Source: Magallana gigas
Lineage: Eukaryota
Assembly: GCF_963853765.1 (NCBI RefSeq)
Contig: NC_088857.1
Coordinates: forward strand, 19,902,001 to 19,966,000
Length of the DNA: 64,000 nt
Direction: 5' to 3'
Part shown: piece after piece, positions 26,446 to 39,759 of the stretch
Position numbering within the stretch: position 1 is the stretch's first letter
Layout of the letters: each line of letters starts with the position of its first letter
Position numbers and translations under genes: made by a program
Notes under the pieces: model-generated
Database searches by the model: none
What the model was told of the DNA's origin: nothing
What the model saw: only the letters and a program-made list of their open reading frames with translations

Positions 26446-29400
26446 CTATTTCGCACCCTGACAATGCGTACAGTCGTCCATTTCATCCACATATTCCTCC
26501 ACTTGAATGGTACTCTCAGAAATGTCGTATTTTAAACGAACCATAGCTGAACCAAGCCTTAGAGTTTTCAATGGATCTGTTGGCGAATCTTTTATAAAAG
26601 ACGTTTGAATTACTGTCTGAATTCATTAAATTTTTTAAAAGCCATCCTGACTTCATACATGTTATAGCTGAATTTTAAAGAAATTTATCATGATGTAATT
26701 TATGCTGACTTACCGACTGCTAAATGAACTGATAAGGCGATTTTATCCATTGATAACGACCACAGTCTGAGGTTGTGAACATCTTTAACTCCTGGAATTT
26801 TGAGGAAACTCCTCCTTACTGATGTAATATCGATGCCCCTCGGCGTCCCTATAAATAGGTCAACGTGACGAGAAATTTAAAGTTCACTTGATAATTTCAG
26901 AATAACAGTTTCAAAAATTAGTTTACCACAGGAACAGATAGTCAAAATAACAAAATAGATAACAAAACATAAAACTAGAAACTTTTGCATAGTTTGAAAC
27001 TAAATTTTTTTTAAAAAGAGTTTAAATTTCAAAAAAATTTTAAAGTAGAAATCAATGGGTAAAATTTATACATTTGTAGATCCCTAGTCAGTGCTAACTT
27101 TTTCCATCACCAGTGAAAAAAAATGGTGCATGTAAATATGCGCAACAGTATAGTTTCTCAAAAGGGAAAGAACTCTTTGAACAACATTATTAAATAATAG
27201 TATTTTTCACAATTATACAGGAGAATAAATATATACAAGACATTAATTGTGGCCCTTAATATCTTTCATACAGTTTTGATGGCATTACCTTCCATTAGCA
27301 CATTTACAATGTCCAAAAATATCTTGAATGTGGTAACCATCACAATTAAAGAGAACAAAAAGGTACAGATGGGGTCTGCCAGCTTCCATTCAGGCTAAAA
27401 GTACAGAAAACACAATCACAAACATAGTACATGTTATATGTCTGCACATTGATTTGTTGCTCAAGAAGTTCTCTAAGTGTTAAAACAAAAGGACATTTTT
27501 GTTAACATTATTCATAATTAACTGCCATATAAATTATTTGAAAAATTTCACGACATAAAACGATTTTTCATTGGCTGGTTTTCATTTACGAAACTTGGCA
27601 TCACAAGCATTGTCACACTCTTTCTAAGAGACTTTCACACATAGTTGAAAATAAATGTGCGATTCACATCGATTCCCTCTATTATTTGAGGGAGCTAGTG
27701 GTCTAAAAACTGTTGCTTTCAACCGTAACATACACATGAAATGTATTAAATTACCTTAAAATAGATAATGAAAGCTGCAATCAGGACACCAATACTTTGT
27801 ATAAGATCCCCCACCACGTGAATGAAGGCAGCCTTGACATTGATGTTTTCTCTCTCTTTATGAGTGTCCTTGACCTGTACTAAAGGCTCGGTGTCACTGT
27901 CGTTACTATTTATAGCTCCATAGGATTCGTGTCTCACAGCCTCTTGTACCGATAGTCCTGGATTACTATTTGATGCATCTGTCTGAAACACAAAAATAAG
28001 TACATGTATTTTTGAACTAAAAGATAGGTATTCAGATTACTGTGGAATCATTAAATTTCATGGGGGCCAATTTTCGTGGATGGCTTAAATTTTACAGGTT
28101 CATGGGGACATAATTTCGTGTATTCTTATGTATCTACAAAAGGAAATATGACTTTATTACCCTTAAAGGCTAATTAACAATTCGTGGAGGATGTTATTTT
28201 GTTAATGAAAGGTAACCACAAATTCCACGAAAATTGAGCCACCACAAAATCTAATGATTACACAGTATCTGTATTTTGAAAAAAAAAAAATACTATTAAG
28301 TACAGCTACATAATAAAAATAAGAATGGGTAGGAATGAAGATCAACAGGTGCATGTAAAAAGAACCTACCTTTGAGTTGCTGGGCTCCTTCTGATGAGAA
28401 TGGTTGTGTCCATGATGTCCTAATGATATACCCATTCTGGGAAGACAACAAAATCATTTTTATACATTTGTACTGTTAAGTTTAAGCTACCGGCAATAGA
28501 TAGATACACCTAGATGCATGTACAATCGCATATGGCATTATTTTTTTAAACAAAAATTCATAAGAAAATATGTGTATTAATCCATTATAAAATCTAGAAT
28601 AAGAGATGAATTTCAAGATGTTAAGTTAACAAATGTACAGCAGATATTTTTACCAATCAGTTTTGTAATATATGTACTTTATCAAATTAAACTGCATTTT
28701 TTGTGGTATTTAAAGCAATGATTGCTTACATGATATTAAATGCTACGCCACATGCTGCAGTGATCAGCATGATTGTAGCATTGATTGTATAGTTCTGATC
28801 AATCACTCTCCTCACCGCCATGTAGAACAACACTCCAGTTAGAATCCACAGGAACAAAATCGATAGCAACGCTCCAAGGATTTCTGCATATACATAACAT
28901 TATTTTTTCAGAAAGACACAAACATGCGATAGTACTACAAATTCTACAAATCTACTTACATTATGCAAACATTTATCTCTCTCAGTCACCTATACCAGAA
29001 TTACTTAAGCTTTGAATTCAAAATGAAAAAAAAATACAGATTTTAATGTGCAGATGAATAAGAATGCCTTTATTCTTCATACATTTACTGAGGTAAACGT
29101 AAATCATTCTCAAGCATTCCAAGGGAATGAAATAAAATACAGCAGTTGAACTTCAGTTTCTTGAACATACATGTAAATGATACTGATATCAATGTATCAT
29201 GGATATGCCAAAGTGAGTTGGAAGTTGGAAACATTTCAAACACATTTCCATGAAGTATTTTACCACCAATATCTCAAATTTTCAGATATCTTGGAATTTT
29301 TTTGGGGTCCCACCTAGTTCTAGATATTGAGATTTGACTATGTACATATGCCAGTATCTCTCTCACCTGCGCGATACCATCCAAAGCTAAACTTCTTGGA

Positions 29401-32115
29401 GGGTGACCTTGTTGCAAGCATCAGGGCTAGAAGACTGATCATAAAACTGGCAAAGTCAGTCAACAAATGAGCTGCATCTGATATAATGGCCAAACTTCCT
29501 GCTAATACCCCACCTGCAAACATTTCATTTCATATACTGTGTGAATAAAGAGAAAACAATTGTTCAGACGTTAGATTTTGAGGCAAAACAAACTGCCAGT
29601 TTAATCTGTAAATTTGATGTCAAGATAAGCATTTTCATCTATACATTGTAAGTACATGTAAGTGCAATACAGTACACAAGTACCTGGGTAGGTAAATAAA
29701 TAATCTAAGTATATGTACCTATGTATATCAAGGTATGTATATCTATTCCAACACCAACAGAAATACATACCAAGTATAAGTGACTCTAATTTTTCAACAA
29801 CAAAAAAATAAACAAAACCTCAACATGTTTGGAATTAGTTAGCTTTCTTTTTGTTTTGTCTGACATTTTATATGTCTATATACATGTATACAGTACAATG
29901 AATTGTCTGATATCACCTTTGACAAATGACTTTCTCAATTTTTCAGTTGAATCAATATTTCTTTTGGATTTAAAAAAAAATACTTTACCAATGATTTCTC
30001 CAATCATGAAAAGAACACACAGGGTACTGGCAATGATCAATTTTCTTCTAGCTCGCTTGTCAACTCCAATCTTCTCTTTCATTGCATGGCAATGTGATCC
30101 TTGAATATCAAATGAGACTCTAATTATAAGGAATGACTAAATACCAAATACAGTAGTTAAAATGGGACTTTTTATTACAAAAAATAAGCTTCCAAATTGT
30201 TTATTGAGAGAAAGCTTTTTATTTATATCATGTACAAGTTCAGAGAGCTAACAATTTTAAGGTGCCTTCTCTATCTGTCAATAAAATTTATACAAAAATA
30301 AATTACCATTGAGCAGCTTTTTCCTCAACAATCCATCTTTCAAAAAATAATTAAAGCAAACTTTTTTTCCTGTTTAAATCATTTGCTTTTTAGATTAGTC
30401 AGTCAATCAGTATTTAATCATGTCAGTTTACAAAGGATAAGGAAACAACTAAGACAATTTTATATCAAATTTATCCGTTTACAGTTTTAAATTTTTTTCT
30501 CTAGAGTCAGTAGAATTCATACTGCCGATTACAAGTACAAATAAGGAAGTGTAGATGTAAGAATTGTACTAAACCAATTCTACTTATGAGCTTTCATAAT
30601 CAGGAATAAGATAGACCAAAGCCAGGCCACCGTGAAAATTTTGTAAAAAAATGTATCAATTGCAACAAAAAATACACGAAGTACTGGAATTACAAATGTC
30701 ATCTTTTCAGTGATCTGTCAGGTAGCAAATATATTTTCGGCGCAATAACATCCTACTTATCTCTAATTGCATGATAAACTGTACTCAAGCACTTGATTAG
30801 GTTGACCTTAATCTTGTGATTTGATAATCTACACATGTAGTATAGGACAGTGACTGATTGATAGGACATTCACACTAAGAGTCCTTATTGCCTACAAATA
30901 GTACAACATTTAGCAAACATTAGTGGAACGTTAAAGTGAAAAAATAACATTAAATTTAGGATAAAATGCAGGGATTAGTGAAATTGTTTGTTATATATTA
31001 TTGTGTAAACTTTTAACCAGTAAAGTATTTTCTCTCTCTCTCCTCTCTCTCTCTTTCTCTCTCTCTTACTTTTCCACAATTTGGTGGGGACATATATTAT
31101 GGGTAATTTTGTGGATTTACTTGTGCAATTCATGAATTTGTACCTTTGTTTCATAATCTGTACAGGATGTACTGTAAACCCATCAGTGAGAAAAACCAAG
31201 GAAGTCTTTGAAAACTGAACCACCATAAATTCTATTGATTCCATAGCATTCATAATTTTTTACATGGAATTCTTAATTCAAATAATTGAACTTAATTGAA
31301 ACAGTTATTTCTAAATACATGTACATGTAAAGTAACATGCTAGTCAATACCTTTTCTTGATCCTTCTTCAGAACTCTGGAAGATTCTGCAATAGTAAGTT
31401 GAACCTCATCATTTGTGCTTGATACAGCTAATAATACAAATGTCATCATCATACCACTTGTATCAGAATGTCCAAGAATGTTTCTCTTACAGTTTAGTAG
31501 AGATCGAGGTAAACACATCATGATTTCTTTTGATATTAAGATAAGGATGAGCAAAGTCTTCGTCCATCCATTTACAATGTTCATTTAAGCAATTATGAGT
31601 TAAAAGGCATTATATGTCTGCATGACCTTGTCATAGGTTTACTAGATGCATAACATTGAGCATCTTTGCCAGGCAGGGCGTGTGAGGAGCGGTGCTGATA
31701 AGAAACCCTTGGCTATAGCGTAGATGAACATTGAAGTACGGTACACGCGGTAAGAAAGAGTTGGAGTACATGTCCTTACAATCAGGGATAAATAGAGATG
31801 TGAGCGGACACTTTTGTGGTTTAATGTTATTATAATGCTATTATAATCAAATACAGTCATATATGTATAAAATAATTAACAGCAGTGAAATCAAAACTAA
31901 CAAAGTCTTCATGAAGTGAGAAAAAAAACCAAGTTTAACGGCTATTTCTTAATTATTTTTTTTTACCTTTGAATCTCGGGGTCTAATTCTTTTTCGTGCA
32001 TATCCGCGCCTACATCTATAGAACATCTATGCCGAGAGTCAGGTCCCCGACTTATGTCTGGTGATGCGGCTAAAAGTGGCGAGCTCCTAGGGGGCGTTGA
32101 CAGAAGGTCAGCCAT
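26446..32115 (-). CDS. SLC30A2: Zinc transporter, SLC30/ZnT2-3-8 subfamily, paralog A (424 aa)
   Basis: Minus-strand exons 32115-31967, 31385-31351, 30099-29989, 29513-29367, 28883-28730, 28436-28370, 27982-27755, 27394-27289, 26848-26714, 26588-26446; total 1275 nt in frame. Motifs [28 protein letters not shown], His-rich loop, [25 protein letters not shown], terminal CxxC. Symbol is subfamily-level only. Confidence 0.93.
28038..28267. mobile_element. Tc1/mariner-like MITE (TA-flanked) in a ZnT-A intron
   Basis: TACTGTGGAATCATTAAATTT ... AAATCTAATGATTACACAGTA imperfect terminal inverted repeats. Confidence 0.7.
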
Positions 32116-34027
32116 TGTGTATTTACTTGTGATATTTACGATCTGAATTGCTGTAAGTCAAGTGTCACTTAAATTTTCCGCTTTTCCTTATTACAAACCA
32201 TCATGTAAACGTCAAGTCGTTTGTTATTGTGTTAACATAAAATGCACATCGAGCCCGACCCTCCCCCCTTCCGGGTAGAATCGAAACTAACGATGGGAGT
32301 TGTGGTTTAAATGTTATGTGTCATAGTCCCCGGGAAAGGATGTATGTAGCTACATGTATAGGCCGTAGAAGTACAAAATACATGCATAAAATCACGTATG
32401 ATAAAAAAGACAAACCTTTAAATTTTATAGTGAATTGAAAATTATGGCACAAAATGAATTACAGTTAAACTAGGTTTATCGACTGTAAACTATAGTTTAT
32501 GAATCGCTAACAATTTGTTAACAGTAGTTTTCAACTGGGAAACTATATTTTTGGAACGGTTTAAGGAAACGGTTGTAACTATAGTTTACGAATGCTAATC
32601 TAAGTTTATCAGTCTAACGTTAGCCTATAGATATAGATAAACGTTTGTACTTAAGATTTTGCTGATAATAAGACAAAGATTGACATCTGTAAACTATAAT
32701 TTACATCCATTGACTATTATAGTGAAGAGATGTTAATCATAGTTTCACAAATCGTGAAACTATATTTATTAAATAAACTATGTTTAGCAATATGACAATA
32801 TGATTCTTTTCAGTGTTAATTATAGTTTACACTTCTGAAACTTAGATGATCGGTTAACTATCATCATGATGATAATGACTTAAAGAAGGATGGGCAATAT
32901 AGATTAACGTCGTTAACTATGGTTTACTGTCCGTAAACTACAGTTTACTCGTTATTCATTCTTTATTTCTTTAAGCTTTGCAGCTCATCAGAGTTTACAA
33001 ATTAAACATAGTAAAGTATAAAAGTGGGTATTTTACAGGAGACCCTATTACATTGTACATACATAAATATGAAAAATTGACATAACTAAAGGCGAAAAGA
33101 ATCAAAAGAACAACATCTAACGTTAATTACATATATCGTTTCTTAATTTCATACTATAATAAATGTATTTGCCGAGGTTACACATATCTTTAAAATTTTC
33201 GTTATTAAACAATTTACAACCGATAAACCTACATTGTGTATTTTATGGATGGTGGATTTATGTTAGCTCATTTTTGTGAATTTGGCAAATTGGCGTGTCA
33301 AAGAAAACGTGCGGGGTTAGTTTGGACAAATGAAATTTCTTAGTTTCTTTCTCAAAAATCACCATGATCGGCAGAGTGTTCATCATCAATATTTGACAGC
33401 CTAGATTTTAAAAAGATAAGTCTCCGCCAAATAATATTTTTTTATTGCCCAGGACTCAATTCTGGCCGCCAGATTCAATTACTGTTGCCATTGTTTCATC
33501 ATTTGATGCATGTAAAACTTGATTGTGAATTCGTTTCAGACCTACATGATTGTATATATATATGTATGTCAATTGCATTTCTACTAGACAAATTTATCGA
33601 CACAATCAAACACTGAATTTGGAATTTTATCCAAATAAGAAAATACGCAAATATCCAGATAAACTGAGTCATTACACACAGCAGTTTCGGCGATGGCATT
33701 TATTATTGCATTTAATTTAATACATATACATGTATATATATATACAAAACTCTTACTATAAACCGTATGACTGATTCGTCATTGGACAAACATGAACACA
33801 TATATGATTATATTCACCTAAATTATTGTTATTTAAAACAAACAAAAACAAAACATGCAGTGCAGCGCAACGCTACCAATTAAGTCTTCGACACAATTTG
33901 TACATGCGACCAGCCAAACAATTTTTTTTTCACTTGCTAAATGTTGATTTATAATCTCATTTAAAACTTCGTTCTGAACTCCTTTCACCCATTATAATAC
34001 ATGTGTATAAATAGTGGACTAGCTTGT

Positions 34028-34300
34028 TTAGGCCTATAAAAAAAATGTGTGTTTAGGGTAACACTGAAGAAAAATTTAGGTTAGGTAGGTAGGGATTCTT
34101 TTTATTTCTTTTTATTTTATCATTTTTTTTTTCAGCATTGAATCCTAAGAATGTTTGTTTGTGTCATATTTAAAAACGGATTTTAATAGAAATAATATAA
34201 AATTCACGATCGGATAAAAACAGACATCTAAAAATGGTAGGATCGGGGCATTTTTGTAGGTTATGTTGGGTTACCCTAAACACACAACTTTTTTTTAAGC
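34028..34300. mobile_element. MITE immediately 3' of the ZnT-B stop codon
   Basis: AAAAAAAATGTGTGTTTAGGGTAAC ... GTTACCCTAAACACACAACTTTTTTTT inverted repeats. Confidence 0.65.
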
Positions 34301-34318
34301 TGTATTGATGTAACGTCA

Positions 34319-36700
34319 TTAGTCGGGCGGATCCTGGCATTCATTGCATTCAGACATAGTAGGATGATACTCCTCAATCTGAATCACGCTCTCCGATATA
34401 CCGAACTTCTTTCGGACTATGCGGGTACTTATCCTCAGCACATCCATTGGATCTCTGTCCTTCTCTGTATATATAAAGGAAAAAGATAACATTTGACGCC
34501 GAATTTAATGAGGAAATGTGCATGAATGACAAATAAAGGTAAGAAGCTCAACATTATCATGAGGACGGAAGAGAAATAGTGTTCAATGTTTGCAAAAATT
34601 GGTCATGCAAGAGGACATAAGTGGATGGAGGGAAAAAAAAGTAAAAAGATCGAGGACAATGTACAAACCGACTGCCAGATGCACGGCTATTGCGACTTTG
34701 TTCATTGACAGGGACCACATCCTGAGGTCATGCACCTCCTTGACCCCGTCAATCTCCAACAGGCTCTGGGATACGTCTGTAAAGTTCACCGTTCGGGGAG
34801 CACCTGCCAAAAAATAACAAAAATTAAATTTAATATACATGTAATTTCTATAGTGCAAAATTGTATTCCCTTGATTTGAGATCGTTGAAATTAATTCTCG
34901 TCGCAATAAAAATCGCGTCATCTAATGCATAATTCCAATATTCAAATATACATTTGCGTTTGAGATTACCTTCCATCAACACGTAAATGATGTCTTTGAC
35001 AATGTGCATTGTTGTGAATACGACCAGAATAGAGAAGAGGAACGTACATATTGGGTCTGCTATCTTCCACTCCGGCTAAAAAGCGATATTTATGCATGTA
35101 TACAGTACAAACAGGTTAATATTTATGAATTACGTATATGTAAGATCAATCTAGCTACAACTGTATCACTATACACGTAATTAAAAAATAGATTAACTCT
35201 GCATGCAATTTGTGCTTAGCTTTCATCATTTTTGGTCATACACCAACTTTTATGGATATCGTAGTCGAGTCAAGTATGAAAATCGTCATAAAATGTTATC
35301 GGTAGAAAAATTGCGCTGTATTTTTTAGGCAAAAATTGATGCAGAATTTGAAAGTTCTAATACCTTGAACCAGATGATAATGGCCGCAATCAGCACCCCG
35401 AGGCTCTGCACCAGGTCCCCGAGGACGTGGATAAAGGCTGCTCGGACATTGATATTCTTCTCCTTCTTGTGGGAATGACCATGGTCATTTTTCTCGACGT
35501 CGTGAACGTTTTGATTGGATATGGCTCCGTATTCCACCAGCTTCTGTTTGTCGTCTAGCAGGTGCTTGTCCGTTTCATGGGAGTTATCCTCGTTCTGACT
35601 TTGGTGGCCACTGTCCGTTGGAGTGTAGGTGGGGGAACCACCATGAGAGTGGTGGTGGTGGTGGCCTGGCTGGTGGAGCGTGGCACCCATGCTGAAAGAT
35701 TATTGAAACCAGCCTTTTTATTTTAATTATTTAAGCACGAAGGTAGAGTTCTTAAGCTCTGAAAAAGGTCATAGCAGAAAAACGCTGTCTTTATCGCAAC
35801 AATTAATATGGAAACATTAATATTTATATATAGGACATGTTTGCAAGAACTAAAACTTTCCACATTTGCAGAATCGTATAGTGTATACATGTACACTTTT
35901 TGGGCTAAAAATGTCCTTCACAAACATATAGTTACATGTATCTTTTTAAAAAAATGATATTCGAGGGGACCAGATAAGATGTAAATTCTTGCGCAAGGGA
36001 TACCAAAAAAAATTCAAAAATATTGAAATCATAATTTAATCTAAAAAACGGCATTACATGACGTTGATGACCACGCCGACGGACGCCGTGATCAGCATGA
36101 TGAGAGGGTCTATGGTGTAGTCTGGGTTGATGATCCTCTCCACGCCCAGGTAAACTAGCACGCCGGTCAGTATCCATAGAAACAAAATGGACACCAAGGC
36201 ACCGATGATTTCTGATATTAATGTAGAGCTTATACTTTAAGCAAGTTATAACATTTTCGTTATCAGTGTAATTTATGTATGCATTTTCAAAAAAAATTGT
36301 GCGAAATGTTACAATTCAATTGATGCCTCTTATGTATTAGACATCTCAATGTTATAAAGAATTATTTTAATTGGTCTAATTTTAATATAGAAAAGTATAT
36401 TAGCCAAGAGGCAAGCATCCGTTAACATTTCTGAATTTGTACATTTGCGTCGCCTTAAATGAAAAACGTTGTAAAATATGTACCTGCTCTGTACCATCCG
36501 AAGCTTAATTTTTTAGTTCTCCTTTTAACTGTTAAATGCATAGCTACCAAACTAATTCCAAAACTAGCGAAATCTGTCAGCAGGTGAGCGGCATCAGACA
36601 TAATGGCAAGACTTCCGGCCAACGCGCCCCCTGTAAAATATAAACCATACGTATATTGGTAGTGTATACAAAAATATTAAAATAATACATGTAACTTTCT

Positions 36701-36748
<48 letters not shown>

Positions 36749-39700
36749 TGTTCATACCGACAGCTTCTCCAACCATAAAGAGAGAGCAGAAGATACTAGC
36801 AATGATGAGCTGTCTCCGAGCTTTCTTGTCAAAAATGTCCTGATTTTTCTCTGTATGACAATGGTGACTCACTGTGAATTCAAAAAATAATGCATCAATT
36901 ATCGTTCTTGACACCGAATAGAATGGTTACAAATTCTGTTATTTTGTTTTCTATGATAATTTTTAAAGCGCTAAGCATAGCTCAGCGCTTTATTGTCGTT
37001 AGATTCTACTTCCGGTACATCGAATAACCGCCCCATATGAGCAGAAGTTTACATCATTTAAACTGGCTAGGGAACCAGTTTCGGGAGTTTGTGCCGTAAC
37101 TGCACGGGCTATTGTAAATGTACTGTACGGGCTTTTGTGAATTTAATGTACGGGGCTTACATACATGTACATCATTGCAGGGGCTGCCACGCAGTGATGA
37201 GGAAATATAGTGCGTATACAGAAGATGAAATGTTATATACATATGTCTGTTATACTAGTATACATACAGAAGCTGGGTTAGCGCTTTTCAGTACTATCAG
37301 TACTTTGATTTTATATTGTATTTCATTGTACATGTACATGTATTTGAAAGAGTGTTCCTTCTGCAATACTGAACGTATGTGCTATTTATAGTATCATCCC
37401 GTCATTTCTAATGAGAAATGGGATTCGAAAAATCGGCATTTGGGTCAGTTCCTTCAACCGCAAAGTGAAAGCATAATGATAGTAAATTCTTACATGATTA
37501 GTTTGGGAAAAGTATTCTTGAAACTCTTATTAAACTATGTAATCTCTGTGATGTATCCAACATAAAATTACGAAGACTAAGTCTTGAATACACATTCATA
37601 TTCAAATAGTTCAACCCTCTGACATTAAACATGATTTAACAAAATGAACATTACAAGTCATTATCCTATATCCGCCATCATTTAGATGATCATTTAGTGA
37701 ATTAAGAGTGTACGGTTTTCCAACAGTTGTTCATATAGACTCCTATGAGGTCGAATACACTGCCAGTAATAAGCTTGGTACATTACCAACAAAATTATAA
37801 ATTCGTTTTAATGTCCATGCATCATCAGGCATCTCATTTTTTTTTCATTTTCCTGGTACATAAATGCTTAAGTTCCCTGAAGGACTTAGTCTGTTTTATT
37901 CGAGAATATCTCTTTTCAATAATTATATGTGATATTAAGACACGACAGGATTGATACAATAACAATGACGATTTGCCTGCAGACGATCCCCTCATGTGCG
38001 GATCTGGAAGGGGGCGGGGGGTCAGGTGTCCAGGCCCCCACCCCTGGGGAATTATAGTTTATTCAATTTACATATTAAAATTATCGCAAATATGCCTCGG
38101 ACTCCTCCAACTCTGGCAAATACAACTATCCTTCAGACCCCCCCCCACCCCCCTTTCGGTAAAATTTTCTGGATCCGTGCGGTATAAAAACTTGATCACT
38201 GTTTGACAGTTCATGGCTCGAAATTAACTCGCCATAACCTACTACATTCTGAATTCTTACCAACCCACCATACGATGCAAGTGACAGACAAATAGAAATC
38301 TTTGAGTTATTTCCAGTGGCTTATTCATTAATAGTAAAAAGAAAAAACAAACTACTAACTAAGAAACACTAGTTGATAAACTAGTAAACAGTTGATTGTA
38401 TCTCCATGGGGCTGAGGTGACTCATGGTCATAACTACATTTGGCATTAATAGCATGATGAGAGAAAATTGAGAGAGAGAGAGAAAACGATAAAAGTATGC
38501 AAATTATAGTGATAAAGCTTCTGGGCATATTGGAAAATTAAATAAAAGACCTACTGCGGGGGTATGTCAAATAATCAAAGGTTGTTTAAGTTTTAATTTG
38601 TCTCACTATTAATTTGAAAATCACCAGAAATCTCTCACTACATTTGTTTTTACACCGCTTTACATGTAACAGCCGGGTTTTATTCATGGCCGTTACAATT
38701 CCAATGTGTTTCAAAACCCACCCTGAGGGTGCTACTGTTATGGGGTCCGGGGCCGATTTGTAATGTTCCTGCCTATTATACTAGAGACAGTTCTGAATGC
38801 TACACGACAAGAATGCAGCTGCATGCCCACAAACATACAAGTCTGCCCTTAATTACATGTACATAATCATAAACGCGCATCTGTGCCCTTAATTACATAA
38901 TCATACCACGCATCTGTGTATCTTAATTTTATAGTGTAGCCAGTTGGACATTTATTATTATAATATATAATAAATACAATTTTGCTTCTTCTGTCACATA
39001 TCATGACATGAAATCGAAGCATGAAAGAATTTTGATAAATCTCTATTAAAACCAAACAAAAAAACTAAACACGAGAGCCAAATATGATAAGAGTTTTCCT
39101 CTTTTTGCAAATATTCTGCTTCCATATATGTACATGTATTACCATATGTGTTGATTCCAAGATCCATCGATTATAGTACTGCATTTTGCAATCGCTTTAA
39201 TTTCACTGTGATACATGTAACTATACATGTGTATTTTCAATTCTGCCAAGTTAATGACAAAAAGTAGTTTTAAGGGAAAGATGATGTTAATTGTTATCAG
39301 ATTGTAATTTTAAGTCTACTCACCATAAAAATATTAATATTTCAAAATCACGAAAATAATTAAAATAGTCTTCTCAAGCATGGAAACTTTGTGGAGTAAA
39401 AATGAGCCCTCTCCCTCCCTGACATATTCATATACTCAGTACTATTAGAATGTGTTCAAGGATACACTGTACGTGAAAATCATCTCCCTTTATTAATCAC
39501 AAAAAATGGATGAAATTGTTAAAGTGTGTAAGATGTTTTAAATCCAAATACTCCAAGGAACACTTTAGATTTGTGAAACATAGCAAATATAATGCTGTCA
39601 GGCGAGGGGGAGGGGGAGTTCTCCTTTTAACAATCTACATGTAGTACATGTACACATGTATACATGTACATGTGTACATGTACTTAATAAATACTTACGA

Positions 39701-39759
39701 GGATCGTCATTGCTCTTTTCAGACCCCTCTTTAGAATCCCGGCGTAAATCCAAGGTCAT
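34319..39759 (-). CDS. SLC30A2: Zinc transporter, SLC30/ZnT2-3-8 subfamily, paralog B (396 aa)
   Basis: Minus-strand exons 39759-39699, 36871-36758, 36630-36484, 36211-36058, 35691-35364, 35075-34970, 34803-34669, 34464-34319; total 1191 nt in frame. Motifs [31 protein letters not shown] loop, [33 protein letters not shown]. Probable 5'UTR exon ends at 41053. Symbol is subfamily-level only. Confidence 0.93.
37993..38181. mobile_element. Short G/C-tract MITE in a ZnT-B intron
   Basis: CATGTGCGGATC ... GGATCCGTGCG ends with internal poly-G/poly-C tracts; related remnants at ~41788-42000, ~44578-44730 and ~58077-58270. Confidence 0.6.

Noticed and set aside
31628-31860. Possible extra cassette exon in ZnT-A intron 1 (ORF 31642-31860)
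   Set aside because: No acceptor/donor pair preserving the required phase 2; the flanking exons already join in frame.
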